A stretch of DNA of 64,000 bases from NCBI GenBank assembly GCA_965279375.1, contig OZ257156.1, forward strand, positions 4,960,001 through 5,024,000. The letters run 5' to 3'. Shown piece after piece: positions 62,101 to 64,000 of this stretch; position 1 is the stretch's first letter, and the number at the start of each line of letters is the position of its first letter. The notes below the pieces were generated by a model, which searched no databases, had not been told where the DNA came from, and saw only the letters and a list, made by a program, of their open reading frames with translations. The translations under genes were made by a program, and so were the position numbers. This DNA is from Gemmatimonas sp. (GTDB lineage Bacteria > Gemmatimonadota > Gemmatimonadetes > Gemmatimonadales > Gemmatimonadaceae).

Positions 62101-62186
62101 GCCGCTACGCTAGCGCGCGCTGCGGGAAATGCCAGCGCCTGAGCGCACCACCGCGACGCCGTTCCATACGCCACCGAGCCCGACGC

Positions 62187-63476
62187 ATGAGCCACTCCTC
62201 GTCTCGCAACCTCCGTCGCAGCGTTCCTGTGCTGCTGACCGTGGCCGCATTCGCGGCCGTGGCGATGGGCAACCGCGCACCAGCAGTCGACGACAGCCGT
62301 GCTCCTGAGCGAATTCCTGCTCACCGCACACACCCGCTGCGCATCGACAGCCTATCCAGCCCGACCGGCCCTGGCAGCGCCGAGCCGTTTCTGGCCGTCG
62401 CTCCCGACGGGCGCGTGTTCATGTCGTGGCTCGAGCAAACGTCGTCGGGCTACGCGCTCAAGCTTTCGCGTCACGATGGATCCAAGTGGTCCTCGCCCAC
62501 GACGATCGTGGCACGCAACGACTTCTTCGTGAACTGGGCGGACTTCCCGTCGGTCATCGCGCTCGACAACAAGCGGCTTGCCGCGCACTGGTTGCAGCGC
62601 ACAGGCAGCAGCACCTACGCGTATGGCGTTCGCATCGCGCAGTCGTCCGATGGGGGAGTGACGTGGAGCAGCGCCATCACACCGCACCGCGACACCGCGC
62701 AGGCGGAGCACGGCTTCGTGGCGCTCTGGAACGAGCGTGGTGCGTTGGGAGCGGCGTGGCTCGACGGACGAAAGTTCCAGAAGGGCGGCCACGACATGAG
62801 CAACGAGATGATGCTCGTCTCCACCACGCTCCAGCCCAACGGCACGCTCGGCGCGGAGACGCGTCTCGATGAACGCACCTGCGACTGCTGTCAGAACGCG
62901 GTGGCCGTCACCAGCGATGGACCGATCATCGCGTATCGCAATCGCTCGCCCGACGAGATCCGCGACATCTACGTGACTCGTCGCGTGCGCGGTGCGTGGA
63001 CTGCGGGCGTCGCCGCGCACAGCGACCAGTGGAAGATCGCCGCCTGCCCAGTGAACGGCCCGTCGCTCGCAGCGCGAGGCAAGCGCGTGGCACTCGCGTG
63101 GTTCACCGCGGCCAACGACAGTGCGCGTGTGAATGTCGCGTTCTCCGACGATGCCGGTGCGACGTTCTCTGCGCCGAGTCGGGTGGATGGCGGTACGCCC
63201 GCCGGTCGCGTCAGCGCAACGCTGCTCTCCGACGGAGACGCGTTGATCACGTGGGTGGAGCGGTCAGGTGCTGATGGCGCGGAGGTGCGTGCGCGTCGCA
63301 TGTCGCGCAGTGGTCGCGCCGGCGAGGTAGTTACGATCGCGGCGTCATCCGCAGCTCGTGCGAGTGGATTCCCCAAAGCAGTCATCACGGGTTCGAGCGT
63401 GATGTTCGCCTGGACTGTGCCGGGCAAGCCATCCACCGTGCGTATCGCACGTGCGGACATCGGCGCGTTTCGCTGA
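62187..63476 (+). CDS. Exported BNR/Asp-box beta-propeller ('sialidase-like') protein with Cys motifs
   Basis: SSDGGVTWS and SDDAGATFS Asp-boxes; FFVNWADFPS, EHGF, WLDGR, CDCC, CPVNGP. Confidence 0.85.
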   Translation: MSHSSSRNLRRSVPVLLTVAAFAAVAMGNRAPAVDDSRAPERIPAHRTHPLRIDSLSSPTGPGSAEPFLAVAPDGRVFMSWLEQTSSGYALKLSRHDGSKWSSPTTIVARNDFFVNWADFPSVIALDNKRLAAHWLQRTGSSTYAYGVRIAQSSDGGVTWSSAITPHRDTAQAEHGFVALWNERGALGAAWLDGRKFQKGGHDMSNEMMLVSTTLQPNGTLGAETRLDERTCDCCQNAVAVTSDGPIIAYRNRSPDEIRDIYVTRRVRGAWTAGVAAHSDQWKIAACPVNGPSLAARGKRVALAWFTAANDSARVNVAFSDDAGATFSAPSRVDGGTPAGRVSATLLSDGDALITWVERSGADGAEVRARRMSRSGRAGEVVTIAASSAARASGFPKAVITGSSVMFAWTVPGKPSTVRIARADIGAFR

Positions 63477-64000
63477 TGCGTCCGAGCACTCCGAGCAGGA
63501 TCGGCCCGTGCACCTCTGCATGGTCGCGTCTACTCGTCGTCGCGATGACATCGCTCACGCTGAGTGCCTGCGGTGGTAGTGCAGACTCTTCAGTCGACAG
63601 GAGCGCGAAGAACGCCAGTGCGGCGCCGGAAGACGGACGCGTTGCTGTGGGATCTCCCGCGCCATCGTACGCGGCGGTTTCGCTGGCGGGCGATTCAGTC
63701 TCGCTCGCCAAGTTGCGCGGACAGGTGGTGTTGCTGAACGTCTGGGCGACGTGGTGTCATCCGTGTCGCGCGGAGATTCCGCAGTTGCGCGCGCTGCACG
63801 CCAAGCACGCGTCGCAGGGGCTCGCGCTCGTTGGCGTGAGCGTCGACCTGGACGGCACCGACGAGACGATTCGCCAGTTCATGACTGAGTTCCAGATGAC
63901 GTTCCCCATCTGGCGCGACCCCGACGAGCGTGTGCTGTCACGCTTCCTCGTGGTGGGCGTGCCCGCGACGTTCCTGATCGACCGTGAGGGAATCCTGCGC
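63476..64000 (+). CDS. TlpA/ResA-family thiol-disulfide reductase lipoprotein (3' end truncated by window)
   Basis: Manual translation from ATG 63476 (TGATG overlap): lipobox LSA-C, LRGQVVLLNVWATWCHPC, GVPATFLIDREG. Confidence 0.9.
   Translation, partial: MRPSTPSRIGPCTSAWSRLLVVAMTSLTLSACGGSADSSVDRSAKNASAAPEDGRVAVGSPAPSYAAVSLAGDSVSLAKLRGQVVLLNVWATWCHPCRAEIPQLRALHAKHASQGLALVGVSVDLDGTDETIRQFMTEFQMTFPIWRDPDERVLSRFLVVGVPATFLIDREGILR

Overview
High-GC, gene-dense bacterial chromosome segment. Gene content suggests Gemmatimonadota (Gemmatimonas-like); this is inference from S9 peptidases, a PEP-CTERM protein, a GWxTD-like protein and many secreted proteins. I found no tRNA/rRNA, CRISPR array, transposase, integrase or phage genes. 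About 58 CDS are supported. Recognisable blocks: agmatine deiminase; an ECF-sigma operon with two CBM48 (glycogen-binding) proteins; a TonB receptor/TPR/LytS/LytTR module with a LytTR-type direct repeat; M28 peptidase-TerC-CDGSH; queC-queE; NlpC/P60; two S9 peptidases; a kdp locus (kdpE, membrane kinase, small peptide, kdpFABC, porin, stand-alone KdpD/USP protein, His-less pseudokinase) with 11-bp-phased boxes; PAS-GGDEF-EAL; an RsbQ/KAI2-like hydrolase coupled to a degenerate hybrid kinase; amidohydrolase/Tat subunit/GMC oxidoreductase; a thiol/sulfur-type cluster (2x DUF2892, ECF/ZAS anti-sigma, ArsR, TrxC, RND pump); outer-membrane barrels; PEP-CTERM lectin; GH29 fucosidase; a Cys-motif propeller and TlpA (truncated by the window end). 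Best candidates for undescribed systems: (1) the ECF/CBM48 trans-envelope signalling operon, (2) the three-piece KdpD plus pseudokinase with a DUF1028 gene apparently in the KdpE regulon, (3) the RsbQ/KAI2-like hydrolase with an ATPase-dead hybrid kinase. All family calls come from motif recognition by eye; no database searches were run.
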